Below are positions 41,431 to 55,402 of a DNA stretch of 64,000 bases, piece by piece. Position 1 is the first letter of the stretch. Every line of letters begins with the position of its first letter. Both the position numbers and the translations under genes were made by a program. The stretch is from the human T2T-CHM13v2.0 reference genome, Homo sapiens: NCBI RefSeq assembly GCF_009914755.1, contig NC_060936.1. The stretch is one strand, 5' to 3'. The notes under the pieces were generated by a model. That model saw nothing but the letters and a program-made list of their open reading frames with translations. It was not told the DNA's origin and did no database searches.

Positions 41431-41951
41431 TTATTTTTCTGATGCATTTTTTGTAACAGATATTTTAGAAAATTGAGACTATATATTTCACACTATTTTA
41501 TAACCTGCACATAGATTTGACAGTGTCTGGAGCAACATCAAATATGCTTACATGTTCTTCAATATTATGAATTTTAATTGTTCTATAACATTTTAATATA
41601 AGGATATATTATAATTTAATTCATCTCCTATTGTTGGAAATTTATATTGTTTCTATTATTCACTGTTATGAAAATCAAATTTTTTAAACTTTGCTTCATA
41701 TCGTTAAATTACCTTCAGAAAGTTATCAGTTGATATTCCACCAGTATGAAAGCCCTCATGTTCTTCTATGCTTCACAATATTTGGTACACTATAGATGTG
41801 TGTGCATATACACATATATAGGATAAATTATAATATATGTTTAAATAAGTTAAATACATAAGTCATAATAGTACCTCATTTTTTGGTTTTGTTTTACATT
41901 ATTATATATTGGCAAGGCTAAATATCTTTCATATACTACTGGCTATCCCTA

Positions 41952-42273
41952 TAGTCATCCCTTGTATCTACAGGGAAATTGATTTCAGCACCGTTACAGG
42001 TATCAAAATTCACAATGTTCAAGTCCCTTTTATGAAATGACATGGTATTTTCATATAACCAATGCACATTCTCCTGCATACTTTAAATCATGTCTACATT
42101 ACTTACAATTCCTAATACAATGTAAATGCTATGTAAATAGTTGTTATACTGTATTTTTTTATTTGTACTTTTTTTTACTGTTGCATTGTTTTTTAATGGT
42201 TTTGAAAAATCCTTTTTTATCCACAGTTGTTTGAATCTGTGGATGTGGAAAGCGCATATACAGAGAGCAACTG
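41952..42273. mobile_element. MER2 (Tigger/TcMar-derived) element
   Basis: ATACTTTAAATCATGTCTACATTACTTACAATTCCTAATACAATGTAAATGCTATGTAAATAGTTGTTATACTG; TA dinucleotides flank both ends. Confidence 0.85.
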
Positions 42274-42617
42274 TATCTTCTTTTGCATTTCTTAATCATG
42301 CATTGCCAGGTTTTTCTTTTGAGCAATCATTTCTAACAGTTATTTGTATTTTGATGATATTTTCTCTTTTTCTAGTATTTATGTTGCAAGTTTTTTCTCC
42401 AGTTGTCAATGTTATGTTCATAGTTTTAAAAATTAAATCTACCTGTATTCTTTTTTGCTTTATCACATCTATTATTAGGTCCCTTTCTGTACCTCTACTC
42501 TGTGAAAAAGAACTCTATGCCTTCTATTAGTACCATTTTCAATATCGTTGTTGCTTTATAATATGTCCTCATATTTTAAAACTGATTTCTATACATTTAA
42601 AAAAATTTCTTGGTTGA

Positions 42618-42917
42618 GGCTGGGTGCTGTAATCCCGGCACTTTGGGAAGCCAAGGTGGAATATCCCTGGAGCCCAGTCATGATCAGCCTGGACAACATA
42701 GTGAGACTCTGCCTCTACAAAACATAAAAAAGTTAGCTGGGCATGGTGGCATATGCCTGTAGTCCCAGTTACTTGAGAGGCTGAGGTGGGAGGATTGCTT
42801 GGGCCTAGGAAGTTGAAGCTGCAGTGAGCCATGATTTTTCCACTGCATTCCATCCAGGGCAACAGAGTGAGACCCCACCTCAAAAAAAAAAAAAAAAAAA
42901 GAAGAAGAAAAGAAAAA
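42618..42917 (+). mobile_element. AluJ (with small deletions)
   Basis: GGAGGATTGCTTGGGCCTAGGAAGTTGAAGCTGCAGTGAGCCATGAT; TSD-like CTTGGTTG on both sides. Confidence 0.9.
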
Positions 42918-43109
42918 GAAATGGCTTGGTTGTTCTTACTATTTATTTATTTATTCCAGAAATAAAAATACTTTTTCATTTTCTTATTTCTTATTTATTT
43001 ATTCTTCCAAAGAAACTTATCTGGGAAAAGAGAAGTAATAGCAAGTTTGTGTGTTGATAGGAATTAACAATGGGTGTTGGAAAACATTGATGATACAAGA
43101 AGAAAAAGA

Positions 43110-43402
43110 GGCTGGGCAAGGCGGGTCACATGATAATCCTAGTACTTTGGGAGGCTAAGGTGGGAGGATTGCTTGGGGCCGGGAGTTTGGGATCAGCTAG
43201 GGAACATAGTGAGATCCTCTCTCTACAAAATATTTAATTAAAAAAAAACAGCTGGGCTTGGTGTTACAATCCCAACTACTTGGGAGGTGGAAGCAGAGGA
43301 TACCTTGAGCCTAGGAGTTTGAGATTACAGTGAGCTATGATTGTACCAGTGCATTTAAACCTCAGTGACAGAGCGAGACCCTGTCTCTACAAAAATTAAA
43401 AA
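43110..43402 (+). mobile_element. AluJ, diverged
   Basis: Dimeric Alu with J-type GGAGGATTGCTTG and CAGTGAGCTATGATTG. Confidence 0.88.
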
Positions 43403-44298
43403 GGGGAGACTTCCTGGAGTGATTAGAGTAGGTGAGAGGGATAAGATCTTATGTATAAGGGGGAAGTTTTGATCTTGTAGAATACAGTCTTGTAGACCCT
43501 TATTATTATATGGTACTTGCCTAGTAAGGGTGGAATTGAGGGAAGGGATATTAATAGCTTAAGGAGAGAAGAGTTAAGTTTGAAATACTAATCTAGAAGA
43601 ATGGGAGCAATGAATGGTTTGGTTGGTTCAATTTCAGGAGATTGTTCATAAATGTAAAGTGAAAACATTCTGTATGATTATATGGTGTGTTTTGTTTTTC
43701 TAGCCACATTTAGATACATAGTTGCAAGCACAGAAAAGGTGTAACTGATTTTAACTAGGGTTGGATCCAGTCAAGGATACAGTGAAGCAGGAGAGGAGCA
43801 AGGGAGTTTTATATAATGAAGTGATTTTTGTAATGTGTCATGAAATTTAAGCCAAATAAGGAAAATAGTAAGAGCATGAGTTGGGGGTGAGGGAGCAGGT
43901 AGTAGGATCTATGGATTTTAGGTCTTGGTGTGGTAGAACCATTGGAGTTAAGGAACTTAGAGCGAGTGATCTGGGAAGAAAGAAGGCCATAGTCAGAGAG
44001 TACAGTGCTAGAAATTGAGATTATAAGGGGAGTGTCCTCATTGGTGTAACCATAGGAGCTGCAGTGGCATGGATGACAAAATTACCAAATGATAGGAAGT
44101 CAATAACTAAAAGGTCAGTGTTTCAGAGGAGCCATGTGTATAGCTATTGGAACTGCCAAAAATTACAATAAAATTAGCATTGGAGATTGTGACAGTGGGC
44201 AAAGATGTCTGAGAAACTAGTAGGTAATTGCAACAAGAAGCAGTACTGGATGGTACCGTCAAAGGCCATGAGTTTCAAAGCTGAGGGTTGTTAGGAAA

Positions 44299-44664
44299 GG
44301 CATTTGCACTAGGTGTTCCCCGAGCCTAGAATGCTTTCCCCTAGATCTTGCAAATAGTTTGCTCCTCTTTATTAATTAGTTCTTTGTTCACATGTCACCT
44401 CCAAGAGGCTTCGCGTCATCATCCAATTTGAAGTAGTCCCTCAAGTCATTCTCTGCTTTGTTGCTTGCTTTATATTTTAACAGCACTTATAACTAACTGA
44501 AACTATCTTGTTTATTTATTTGTTTTTATATACTGGACACTCCTTCTTAGGGGATATATTTTGAAAACAGTTTTGCTAGTCTTTTTGTGTGGCTAGTTCC
44601 CAGACTTGTGATTACAGCCACATAGTAATCAGTCAATAATTAGTTTTTGATTGAATGAATGAAT
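44299..44664 (+). mobile_element. L2a 3' end
   Basis: GGCATTTGCACTAGGTGTTCCCC..GCCTAGAATGCTTTCCC...(TGAA)n terminus. Confidence 0.75.
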
Positions 44665-44674
44665 ATTTATAGGA

Positions 44675-44992
44675 TTTCTTGGTCAGCTTGGGCTGCAATA
44701 ATAAAATTACATAGACTGAGTGGCTTAAACAATAATGCAGTTCCTGGTGAGGGCTCTCTTCCTGATTTGCAAACGTCAGCCTTCTTGCTGTAACCTCATA
44801 TGGCAAAGAAAGAGTGACTCTGGTCTCTTTCTCTCCTTCTAAGTATATTAATCCCATCATGGGGGTTCTACTCCTATGATCTCATCTAAGTATAATTATT
44901 TTCCAAAGGCCCCACCTCCTAATGCCATCACGTTAGGGGTGAGGGTTTCAATATTTGAGTTTGGGAAGGACAAAAACTTTCAGTCTATTTCA
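44675..44992 (-). mobile_element. MLT1A-type MaLR LTR with internal deletion
   Basis: CAGCTTGGGCTGCAATAATAAAATTACATAGACTGAGTGGCTTAAACAA...AAGGCCCCACCTCCTAATGCCATCAC. Confidence 0.8.
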
Positions 44993-46567
44993 TAGATGAA
45001 ATATTATCTTCCACATTCCTGTGACTTCTTTCAGAATCCAAATATATTTTTTAAAGCATCCTCTAGCTCAGAGCATTCATTCTTATAAGAATTCCTATTA
45101 TTGACCCTTTCCTCAAGAAACATGAATTAAAATATAAGAAGAAATAAAGTATAAAGGTAAGGCTTGCTCTGTGATAGTTAAGTTTTCAAAGTTAGGACTC
45201 ACAGATATTGTCAGTTATTACTTCAAGCAATTCTCACCAGTGGGTTAATGAACTTGAAGTACAGTTATCTTTTGATGTATTGGTTTCAGCTTCCACTATG
45301 CTGTTTTGCTCAGCCAATGACAACCTTCCATAGATTTTCACCACACAAGGATAACCTTGTTGCTCCCCTCACTATGACATTCTTTCAGAATTCTTTGCAC
45401 ATTCTTTTAGAAACCAGGGTGAGCATGAATTGAAAATCTCATTGGTAAGAAAAAAATAAAACCATTTATCTATCTTAAGTTAGTCTTTCTTTATTAAAAT
45501 AATCAAATATCTTTATATTTTTGTGCTAAATACAAAGTACTATAGATTTATTTTCTTATGGCTTGACAATAAGCAGACATATTAGGTAATTAACATGCTA
45601 TTTAGTTTATATATAGAAAAGTAGAAATAGCATGGTATAGTAGAATGAGCACTTGGTGTTGTCGAGGATTAATTAAGATAACAAATGTAAATCTGTCTCC
45701 CCTTCTTTTCTCTTTAATGGACTAAATATGTGTTATTCATCTTCTTACACTTTAATTTGGTGCCTTAGAGAAAGAAATTTTTTCCACATTGTAGATAGTT
45801 ATTATCTAGTATGATTCTAATTGTTGCTGCCCTATTTTTATAAAATGCCATTCTGTAATCACATCAGTGATTTAATGTTTCTAATAATTTACATTTTTAA
45901 GCCTCTGGTGTTATGAATATTTTATACAGTAGTTGATTTCTATTTATATATTCAGAATATTTGAAGTTCAAAACAAAGTGTTTTTTTTTTTATTTGTTGG
46001 TGTTCTGAGAATTTTATAGGAGATTTGAAGAGAAATATGTCACCATTTTAAATTCTGCAACCAGTTACTGAACACCTACCAACTGAAAGACCTTGGTCTT
46101 TTTCGAAGTAAAAATTACTGAGACAATAATTGCAAAGGTTATTTAATTTCCTGTTACAATGTAATTCTTTATATCTGCTTAAAAATTGTGTCTTCTGTAG
46201 ATTTTGAAACATTTATGGACACTCCACATTGTAATATTTTGCATCCCAGCAAACTGTGTAATCTGTTTTTGTTTTATTTTGTTTTTATTATGAAAAACTT
46301 CAAATATGTACAAAACTAGATGAAAGAGTATAATGAACTGCTACACATACATAATCCAGTTTCAACAGTTATCAACTCAAGATGAATCTGATTTTTTTAT
46401 ACCGCACCCACTTATATATAACTTACCTCTTTGAACAAAAGTTCTCAAAAAACAAATCTGAAGGAAAGAGACTTTATTCCAGTGAAGAGTTTGCAAACCA
46501 GGGGAGACACAGCCTTCTTGTAATGAAAGTACATTCCAGACAATAGAGAGAGGATTCAGGTTTTATA

Positions 46568-46880
46568 TATATATATATTCTTTTTTTTGTTTGTTTTTGA
46601 GATGGAGTTTCACTCTTGTTGCCCAGGCTGGAGTGCAATGGCCCGACCTCAGCTCACTGCAACCTCCCACTCTGGATTCAAGCTATTCTCCTGCCTCGGC
46701 CTCCCAAGTAGCTGGGATTACAGGCATGTATCACCATGCCTGGCTAATTTTGTATTTTTAGTAGAGATGGAGGTTTCATCATGTTGGTCAGGCTAGTCTC
46801 AAACTCCTGACCTTAAGTGATCCATTTGCCTCAGCCTCCCAATGTGCTGGAATTACAGGCATGAGCCACTGTGCCTGGTC
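46568..46880 (-). mobile_element. AluSq-like
   Basis: GAGTTTCACTCTTGTTGCCCAGGCTGGAGTGCAATGG; TSD ATTCAGGTTTTATA at 46554-46567 and 46885-46898. Confidence 0.93.
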
Positions 46881-47067
46881 AAGTATTCAGGTTTTATAGC
46901 AAAAGTTCCTGCTCAGTTTCCCAATAAGGTTTGTTTATACAAATGGAGGATTGAAACTTGCTTAGTTCTGATTGGTTGATAGAACTGAGCCCTGATTGGC
47001 TGGGTCAAGGGAGCTCTGATTGGTTGGTTTCCAAGCCCAAAACCAGAGGTCTCTGTTAGGTATTTTG

Positions 47068-47445
47068 TCTTTTTCTTTTTCCTTTTTTTCTCTTTCTTTC
47101 TCCCTCCCCTCCCCTCCCCTTCTTCCCTTCCCTTCCCTTTCCCTTTCTCTTTCTCTTTTTTAGACAGGGTCTCACTCTGTCACCTAGGCTGGAATGCGGT
47201 GAAATGCTTATGGCACACTGCATCTTCTACCTCCCAGGCTCAAGTGATCCTCCCACCTGAGCATCCCAAGTAGCTAGGACCACAGGCACCCACCATCATA
47301 CCTGGCTAATTTTCTGTATTTTTTTTGTAGAGATGTGGTCTTGCTGTGTTGCCCAGGCTGGTCTTGAACTCCTGGGCTCAAGAAATCTGCCCACCTCGGC
47401 CTCCCAAAGTGCTGGGATTACAGGCGTGAGCCACCTCACTTGGCC
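47068..47445 (-). mobile_element. AluJb with expanded pyrimidine-rich (CCCTT/CCCCT) tail
   Basis: GCTCAAGTGATCCTCCCACC, GAACTCCTGGGCTCAAG; flanks AGGTATTTTG / AGATATTTTA. Confidence 0.9.
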
Positions 47446-48512
47446 CAGATATTTTATTTTTTTTTTTTTTCAAAAAGCCACTGTGGGACTGGGGAGTGAA
47501 TCAGGCAACAACTTATCTTGGCACCTACAACAGGAACTGATTTGACTTTATTATAGAAAGGAAGTCCTGTGATACTTTTATAACGTCTTTCTGAGAACAC
47601 AAGAGTAGGTGACCACTCCCTTACCCAGCTATGGCCACCAGGTTCTGTCTTAAATATAGACATCTCAGTTAGCCACGGGGGTCCACTTTGCCTGTTGGTC
47701 AGGGACATACTTTAATACCTTAGATCTGGAATCAACCACTCCTCCAAGTTCTGATTGCCTTAGTATTGCAAGCCCTTAATCTGGGTGCCAGGGGATTTTA
47801 TTGCTACCAAGCTGGGTTTGTTTTGGTTTTTTGCTTTTTTTAGTTGACAGTATAGGAAATATGTTTTGTTTTGATTTTGAATATAAAATATATTTTCAGT
47901 TCATACTGGCTTTTACAATGGAAATTTAAGGTTTCTGAATTTTTAATTACTTCTTACATCTGTACATCCTTCTTCCATGTGAAGCATCCCATGTGTCATG
48001 AAAACAAGAGATGACTATATATCAAAATTATATCACAAATTTATATCACAAAATTACACATTTGTTTTATCCTATAAAAAACACACAAGAATATCTACAA
48101 TACAAACACTGCTACCAACATTATTATTATTGACAGCAGTTAATGTTTTTTTTTTTGCAGTTCTTTTGCAGTTCCTTAGATTATAGCTCACTAGGCGTGT
48201 GCAAATTATTGTGTTTTAAAATCGCTTGGAACTGCTGTTCGCAGTGTGGCTATACCAGTGACTGGATACACATTTGGATCTATTTATTTCATATTATTTT
48301 GTGATTTTAAAAGCTTTTTATTGAAAATTGGATTTTATTTTCTAATTACCCAAAATATTTACATGGTTCAATGAAAAAATACAAAACAAATTATATTTAA
48401 GTAAATCTAGTTGATAGCTCACACCCTGAACTCTATTTTTTTATCCCCTTATAGGTGACAACTTCAAAAAATAAATAGTTCATACTTACATTGTTGGTCT
48501 TTCAAAATAATG

Positions 48513-48535
48513 CACACACACACACACACACACAC
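48513..48535. repeat. (CA)n microsatellite
   Basis: About 11 CA units. Confidence 0.9.
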
Positions 48536-49536
48536 TTCCACTTTGATATCATAAAGGCCAAGGATGTAGTCCATGTTACCTGTGTTCCCCTAACTTAATT
48601 TAATTTTATATGATATGCTCCAGAACACTGAATTGTTCCCTTGGAAAAAAATTACTCTGTCAAATAAAATTTAGAAAAATGGATTTGTCAAACTAAATAG
48701 GTTTTCTGGAAATGTGCATTATAATCTTCAGAGAAGATTATCATACATGTAGCATTTCACAAATGTATTTCATAGGTAATCTATTTGTAAATCAACATGA
48801 TAAAATCTCTAAGTGAAATACAGTTTGGAAAATACTGACTTAATTCATGTACTATGGAGTTGTCAACAGATTTATCTAAAGACTTCCAATTTTTAAATAT
48901 TTTTCATCTATACCAATTTTTAGAAAAACATACTCAGTAATTTAGTGTAGTAACACTTCTTTTTAGTTAGACACCATTTAATTTTCTCATAAAATAGTAG
49001 TGGGTATCTTTTAAAAGCATCCTAGACTTGGGAAATTATAATAAGATTTGTTCTTCTACCAATCTTCACTGGAGCACTTCTGTTCTTTAATCTGCGGTTT
49101 CCTTTTCTTTTTCTTGAAAAGTTTTAGTAAACTATTTTTAAATATATGATTCAGTCAGTTTTGATTCCTGGTTCTCAGTTTGGTTGTGGACATGTGGCAT
49201 TAAAACATATTTTGGTTTTATTTTATTTCTTAGATAGATCAGCTTAAATACTTTAAAAGGTAAGGTTTTTTTAAAAATCTACTGGTTGGTAGCTGTTGCT
49301 TGTATGAGTATTTATATTTCAGTTATTTTACTTGTATTATTTTAAATTTAACATTTTTTTCTCCATAGTTAGAGGGTTTTTTGTTTGCCTGTCTGTTTTA
49401 CTGTTCACTTGGATTTTGGGGACTGTTTGTGTCTTCAGTGAACAATCATCAAAGGCTAGAATCATAGAGAAATTAAAATGTTACTTTAGAATAAGCTAAA
49501 CTTCTAAGCTTAATTAAACTTTCAAATTAATATCAG

Positions 49537-49684
49537 AATCCTAATTTAAGCTGAATGGCAATGCAGGATAACTGATTTCTCTGTTTTTGTTAGGGACACT
49601 TTTACAATACAATCCTAATTTAAGCTGAATGGCAATGCAGGATAACTGATTTCTCTGTTTTTGTTAGGGACACTTCTACAATAC
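49537..49684. repeat. 74-bp direct tandem duplication (2 copies)
   Basis: 49537-49610 and 49611-49684 are identical except one T/C (CACTTTTACA vs CACTTCTACA). Confidence 0.97.
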
Positions 49685-50544
49685 ACATTGACTAGCACAG
49701 ACATCACAAGGTCTTTACATTCCAGACTGTATACATTTGTTCCTCTTTAATTCACAATCAGCCTCAAATATATTAATCTCTGGGTAACTACAAGTAAGTA
49801 TATATTTAAAGAAAGCTAGACTTTATTTTCTTTCAAAGGAATAGTAAGTACAAACATTATGAATTTTACTGTTACACATATACAAAGATCACCTCTAATA
49901 TAGCCATTTACAAGTACAATGTCCAAAGTAGAAATAGCCTTAAACTACCACAAGAGGGATTTAGGGCAAACCTTTGACATTTTGTAGAACACCTTCATCA
50001 GTGACGAACTGCTAGATATACTCTTTAACTGTGAGTAAAAATCATGATGATAAGACAAGGAATTGGTCCATGGACAATAGAAGTCATCACCTTAGAAAAC
50101 AGATTAACATTTAAATGTTCTTAAGAATTCAGAGAAATAGTCAGAACTTATCCAAAATAACAGTATATTTAGGCAAAAACTTTACAAAATTTTAGATAAG
50201 TAATATGTACTATCATAAAAACTGAGCATAAGTTCAAAACAAAAAAAAGTAAACATCTTTATATAATATATGAGGATAAACGTTCTACTGCATAGAATAG
50301 TAAAAGAAGGAAAGGACTTGTGTCCTAGCAGCTGGGTTTGAATCTTCACTCATGCATAAGAGCTGTCTGAGTCCCTGCTTTGTGCTATACTGTGTGCAGG
50401 TACCACAGATAAAATGATGAGTAAAATTATACATGGCCCCTTTTCTTTTGTGGCTTACATTATAGTGGCTAAGACAGGAATTGAGTAAATAATAATAATA
50501 ATGAAAGCATGTAATTAAAAAGTGAAATGGGTGCTCTGAAATTA

Positions 50545-50969
50545 AAATATAGTTTGAATATTTGTCCCCTCCAAATCTCATGTTGAAATCTGGTCCCCAG
50601 TGTTGGAGGTGGGGCCTAGTGGGAAGTGTTTGGGTCATGGGGCAGGAGCCCTCATGAATAGCTTGGCGCCCTCCCTGCGGTAATGATTGAATTCTCACTC
50701 TGTTAGTTCATGTGAGAGCAGGTTGTTTAAAAGAGCACAGTGCCCATCTTCACTTCTCTTCCTCTCTTTCTAGCCATGTGACAAATCTGCAGCCCCTTTG
50801 CCATGATTAAAGGTCTCCTGAGGCCCTGACCAGAAGCAAACGCTAGTGCCAGGCTTCTTGTACAGCCCGCAAAACTGTGAGCCAAATAAACTCCTTCTCT
50901 TTATAAATTACCCAGACTGTTTATAAATTACCCAGCCACCTTTATGGCAGTGCCAAATGGACTAAGACA
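50545..50969 (+). mobile_element. MSTB-like MaLR solo LTR
   Basis: TATAGTTTGAATATTTGTCCCCTCCAAATCTCATGTTGAAATC...ATGGACTAAGACA; internal duplication of TTTATAAATTACCCAG. Confidence 0.9.
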
Positions 50970-51479
50970 GTAGGCAAATAAAATGAGCTTAGAAATCTTC
51001 ATATTAATGGAAACTTAAATCTTGAGCAAAGGTCAGGAAAGAGTTCACTGATGGAGGAATTTAAGGGGAGATCTGAAGGTTAAGTAATATATTTATTAAG
51101 TAAATTTAGTAAGTAAATGAAGGGTGAGGGGCTTGTGCAGCTGACAATATTCTAGAGTGGAAAAATGTAGTAAGAACAAACGTTTTGCAGAGGGAAGAAA
51201 CACATTGTATTAGGAAAATGGAAAGAATGTCACTGTGGCTAGTGTACAGAGAAAGGAAAGAAAATGAAAGGAAGGTGAGGCTAAAGAAAGGAGAAGAGGA
51301 TACACCACAGAAGGCTTTGTAGGCCATTTAAAGTATTTGGGTCTTTGTCTAGGGTGCCACAGAATAAAATGAGGAAAACAAAGTGGGGCTTCAGAGCTAT
51401 GTAATATCCATGACTAATTTATTGAAAAGTGAATTTCAATGAACTTACTGAAAATATGTTGAATTATCCTCACAATCAC

Positions 51480-51860
51480 AAAATCTTATTGGCTTCTAAG
51501 TACACTTATTTCCCACTCAATGGTCTGAACATTTCCTGTAGCAGCTCTGCTCCAGATTTCAGACTCTAGGCCTGGGATCTCTCAGAATATCTCATTAGGG
51601 ACTCAATATCTACCTGGACAATACTTTTCTTATAGCATGGGGTGTAGGAGATGGGGGCGGAAATAGCATGAGCCAAGCCAAACCATGGAAACACTTTTAA
51701 GGCTCTGTTTAGAGATGGTTTATTTCCATCTGTTCACATAAATGCTTTCCATTAACTGAAGCAAGTCACATGGCTAAATTCAAACTTAATAGAAGGGGTA
51801 CTCCTTCCATAGAGGGAGTGTGGAGAAATGTGATTATTTATTGAACCATAATATCTACCT
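51480..51860 (-). mobile_element. MLT1 (H/I-like) fragment
   Basis: AAGCCAAACCATGGAAACACTTTTAAGGCTCTG...GAAGCAAGTCACATGGCTAA. Confidence 0.5.
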
Positions 51861-51891
51861 GAAGGATTTTCTGGAAGCTATGGGTTAGGAA

Positions 51892-52416
51892 CGTTAAAGA
51901 ACAATAGCACCAGGCAGATTAAGCAGGCAAGGAAGACTTTATTCAAGACTATTGCAGTATGGGAGAAAGACTGTTGCAGTAGGGGAAAGAGATTAGCCTC
52001 AACTCCAGTGAAACAAAAGGCAGAAAATGCTGAGATGAACTAATGCTGAGATGAACTAATGGAATAGTACTGAAGGACATTAAGAAAAGAGGTTTGTCTA
52101 TTTGATTAAGCCATCTGTGTTTTCTAATTGTTTTTTATTGATGTTAGGCTCCTACTCTCCCACAGAGACTGGTAGATAAAGGTATTAATACTATCTTTTT
52201 TGATGACTACATTTCAAAGAAATGGCCTCCAGGCCCTTGAGAAAGACTTTCCTGGTATAGAAGATTTACTTCTCAAAAGTGCAGAGAAAGAACTCACAAT
52301 TGCAAGTTTTAAAAAAGCAATGGTCTGAGAAAAGTGAAGTCAGGGGCTTATTGTTAGGAAGAAACCTGCCTAAATTCTAATAAAGTCGAGGGAAAAATGT
52401 AAGACTGTCTTGGTCA
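51892..52416 (-). mobile_element. ERV1 solo LTR (LTR54/MER39/MER34 group)
   Basis: AGGAAGACTTTATTCAAGACTATTGCAG...ACATTTCAAAG..ATGGCCTCCAGGCCCTTGAGAAAGAC...GTCTTGGTCA; same family as 12692-13543, opposite strand. Confidence 0.7.
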
Positions 52417-52799
52417 GAAGAAGGAACAACCATATGCTTAGAAGCATTTCAGCAATGTCCCTTAGAATTCCACCTTTCATGAGAAGATACTCTCCAGGCA
52501 TTGTTGGATTTCTTCTTTGAACCATTGATTGTTTAGCAGCATATTGCTTAATTTACCAACATTTGGGGATTTTCTAGTTATCTTTTGGTTTATGATTTCA
52601 AATTAAATTTCCATTGAGATTAGAGAACATATTTTATTTTATCTGTGAGTCTGCTTTACAAAAATATTTGTAAAATGTTCCATAAGCACTTGAAAATAAT
52701 GTGTTTTTGTAGTAATTGGGTACAATATTTTATATTATATATATTAGGTCATATAGAATATATATTTTATATATGTATATAAGGATATTAGGTTAATTG

Positions 52800-54740
52800 A
52801 GGATATTGTTGACAAGATTGATAATGGATATATATGCAGAATATGGTAAATAAAGGAATCAAGAATAACTCTAGATCCTTGCTTTGTGGCTTGACTTGAG
52901 TTGCAGTGTGAATGATGAGGACATTTTTCTGAGAGGAAAACTCAGAAAGGAACAGGTTCCAGTAATATGTCAAATTTGGCCATGCGAAGTTTAGATGTCA
53001 TTTGACATACAAGTGGAGATGTCAATCCAGGAGTACAGTATAAAAGTTTGGAGCTCAGTGAAAGGATAGGAAGCTGATTCACAGATTTGGGAGTCTAATA
53101 GTATCACCTGGACAGAGCATTTAGCTAGAGAAGAGTCCTAATGTATTTCAACTTCAGAGATAGAACAGAGGCAAAGGAACAAGCAAAGGAGAACAAGAAT
53201 GAGTCTTTAGGAAAGTGAGAGGAAAATAATAAGTTTGGTTAACAGAGTCAAGGGAAAAAATGTGTTTTAAGATGGAGTTCAGTGGCTAACTGTGTCAAAT
53301 ATTTCTAAAAGGTGAAGTAATATGAGAACAGAAAAATGACTATTGATTTTGACAATCCAAGACCTTTGATGACCTTGACAAGAATAGTTGGCAAAAGATG
53401 GTATAACACCCATATTTTTTGCCAACAGAAAATTTAAAACATTGTTTAATTCTGAAAGAATAAATAAATTCACACATTTATCAATCTCCTGCTGTATACA
53501 GGTCACTGGGGACACAAAGATAACAAATGATGTTTTAAGCTTTGATGGAGCTCATAGTGTTGGAGGGAATCAGACATGCAAAAACAAACTAAAACAAAAT
53601 TTTACAAGTCCTGGGCAAAAGATATATCCAATGTTGTGGAAGCTGGAGATGCCTATGGTTATTTTAACTGTGGGAAACTAAGAGGAGGAAAGACTGGGGC
53701 TTGAGAAGTGCTTGACGGTTTTCTTGGCAAACATTAGAGGAAATTGCATTCCAGGCTGGGCACGGTGGCTCACGCCTGTAGTCCCAGCACTTTGGGAGGC
53801 CGAGGCCCGCAGATCACTTGAGGTCAAGGGTTCGAGATCAGTCTGGCCATCATGGCGAAACCCCATCTCTACTAAAAATACAAAAATTAGCCGGCATGGT
53901 GACATGTGCCTGTAATCCCAGCTACTTGGGAAGCTGAGGCAGGAGAGTCACTTGAACCCGGGAAGTGGTGGTTTCAGTGAGCTGAGATCATGCCACTGTA
54001 CTCCAGCCTGGGTGACGGAATGAAACTCCGTCTTAAAAAAAAAAAAAAAAGAAAGAAAGAAAAAGCATTCCAGCATTTCAAAAGCATTGAAGAATGTGCT
54101 CTAAAGGCTCAGAGGCAGAGCATTTAATGAAATAATCAGATAACTGTACCATCACCTCTGAGATAATTAGAAATGTGTGTATGTATTGGATGGGGCTTGG
54201 TCCTGCAAATTTTAGGTGTTACCGGCCTTTAAAAGGGGTGGAGGGTACTAAATATCCTGTAATCCTTGGGTGGATTCTCTTGATCAACTTATCTGATGCA
54301 CCCCAATAGGGTGTTTCCCTGTGGAATTGTAATAGAATATATTAGAGTGTGATACATGGAAGGACAGGTGGTGGTGGAGGATGAGAAGAGATGTTGGACA
54401 GTAGAGAGATGCAATGATAAATAATGGCAGATATTTTAGAAATAGAATACATTTAACCTGGAGACCGATCAGTTGGGTCTGAGGTCAGGCAAGGTTGTGA
54501 CTGCCACCTTTTAGATGTGAGTCACTGTGTGGATAGTGGTGCTTCTCAATCAGACAGGAATATATGGACAGAGCAGATGTGAGCCTGTGGGAGATGTTGA
54601 ATTTATTTTTGAACAGGTTAAATTTTAGGGGTCTATGGGAAATATTCAAGTATAATGTCCAGTATAAAACTGAAAATAGAAATCTGGACTTCAGAAGAGA
54701 GATTGGGAATGGAGATAGATTTGAGAATCATGGGTTAATA
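52800..54740 (-). mobile_element. L2 fragments, interrupted by an Alu
   Basis: GAATCAAGAATAACTCTAG..., GACATACAAGTGGAGATGTCAA, TGATGACCTTGACAAGA, TGGAGATAGATTTGAGAATCAT. Confidence 0.55.
53754..54064 (+). mobile_element. AluSz/Sx-like
   Basis: Full dimer with GATCACTTGAGGTCA; TSD-like GCATTCCA on both sides. Confidence 0.92.
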
Positions 54741-54955
54741 ATAATGAACATTATAGTAATGAAAAGTTACTTTAAACAAATGTAATGATTCAAGGAAATA
54801 TATATTTTTAATATGATCAATGAGAGTATTTAGAAATTTCAAATTTCCAATTTATTTTACATAGTCTCTCCTTGGTCTGAAAATTACTAGGGGTCAAGGG
54901 GTCAATAATACTATGATATAAGATGTTTACTTCTTAATTAGTTCTTAATAATTGA

Positions 54956-55284
<329 letters not shown>

Positions 55285-55285
55285 C

Positions 55286-55402
55286 TTTTTTTGTTTGTTT
55301 GTTTGTTTGTTTGTTTGTTTGTTTGAGACGGCGTCTTGCTCTGTCGCCCAGGCTGGAGTGCAGTGGAGCGATCTCGGCTCACTGCAAGCTCCACCTCCCG
55401 GG
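55286..55402 (-). mobile_element. 5'-truncated AluY-like 3' fragment with (TTTG)n tail
   Basis: GAGACGGCGTCTTGCTCTGTCGCCCAGG...CTGCAAGCTCCACCTCCCGGG. Confidence 0.9.

Larger units (their letters stand above)
46428..47717 (-). mobile_element. MER67-like ERV1 solo LTR containing two Alus
   Basis: GAAAGAGACTTTATTCCAGTGAAGAGTTTGCAAACC, repeated CTGATTGG (CCAAT boxes), CAGTTAGCCACGGGGGTCCA...CATACTTTAATA. Confidence 0.65.
46275..48500 (-). mobile_element. Old L1M 3' region interrupted by an LTR and two Alus
   Basis: TTTTATTATGAAAAACTTCAAATATGTACAAAA...TCAACAGTTATCAAC; resumes after 47717 with GATCTGGAATCAACCACTCCTCCAAG. Confidence 0.55.

Noticed and set aside
49537-49684. CRISPR-like array
   Set aside because: Only two adjacent copies, no spacers, no cas genes, and primate context.
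50285-50698. Longest ORF in the track (137 aa)
   Set aside because: Runs antisense through an MST LTR and adjacent old repeat or AT-rich sequence; no recognisable protein.
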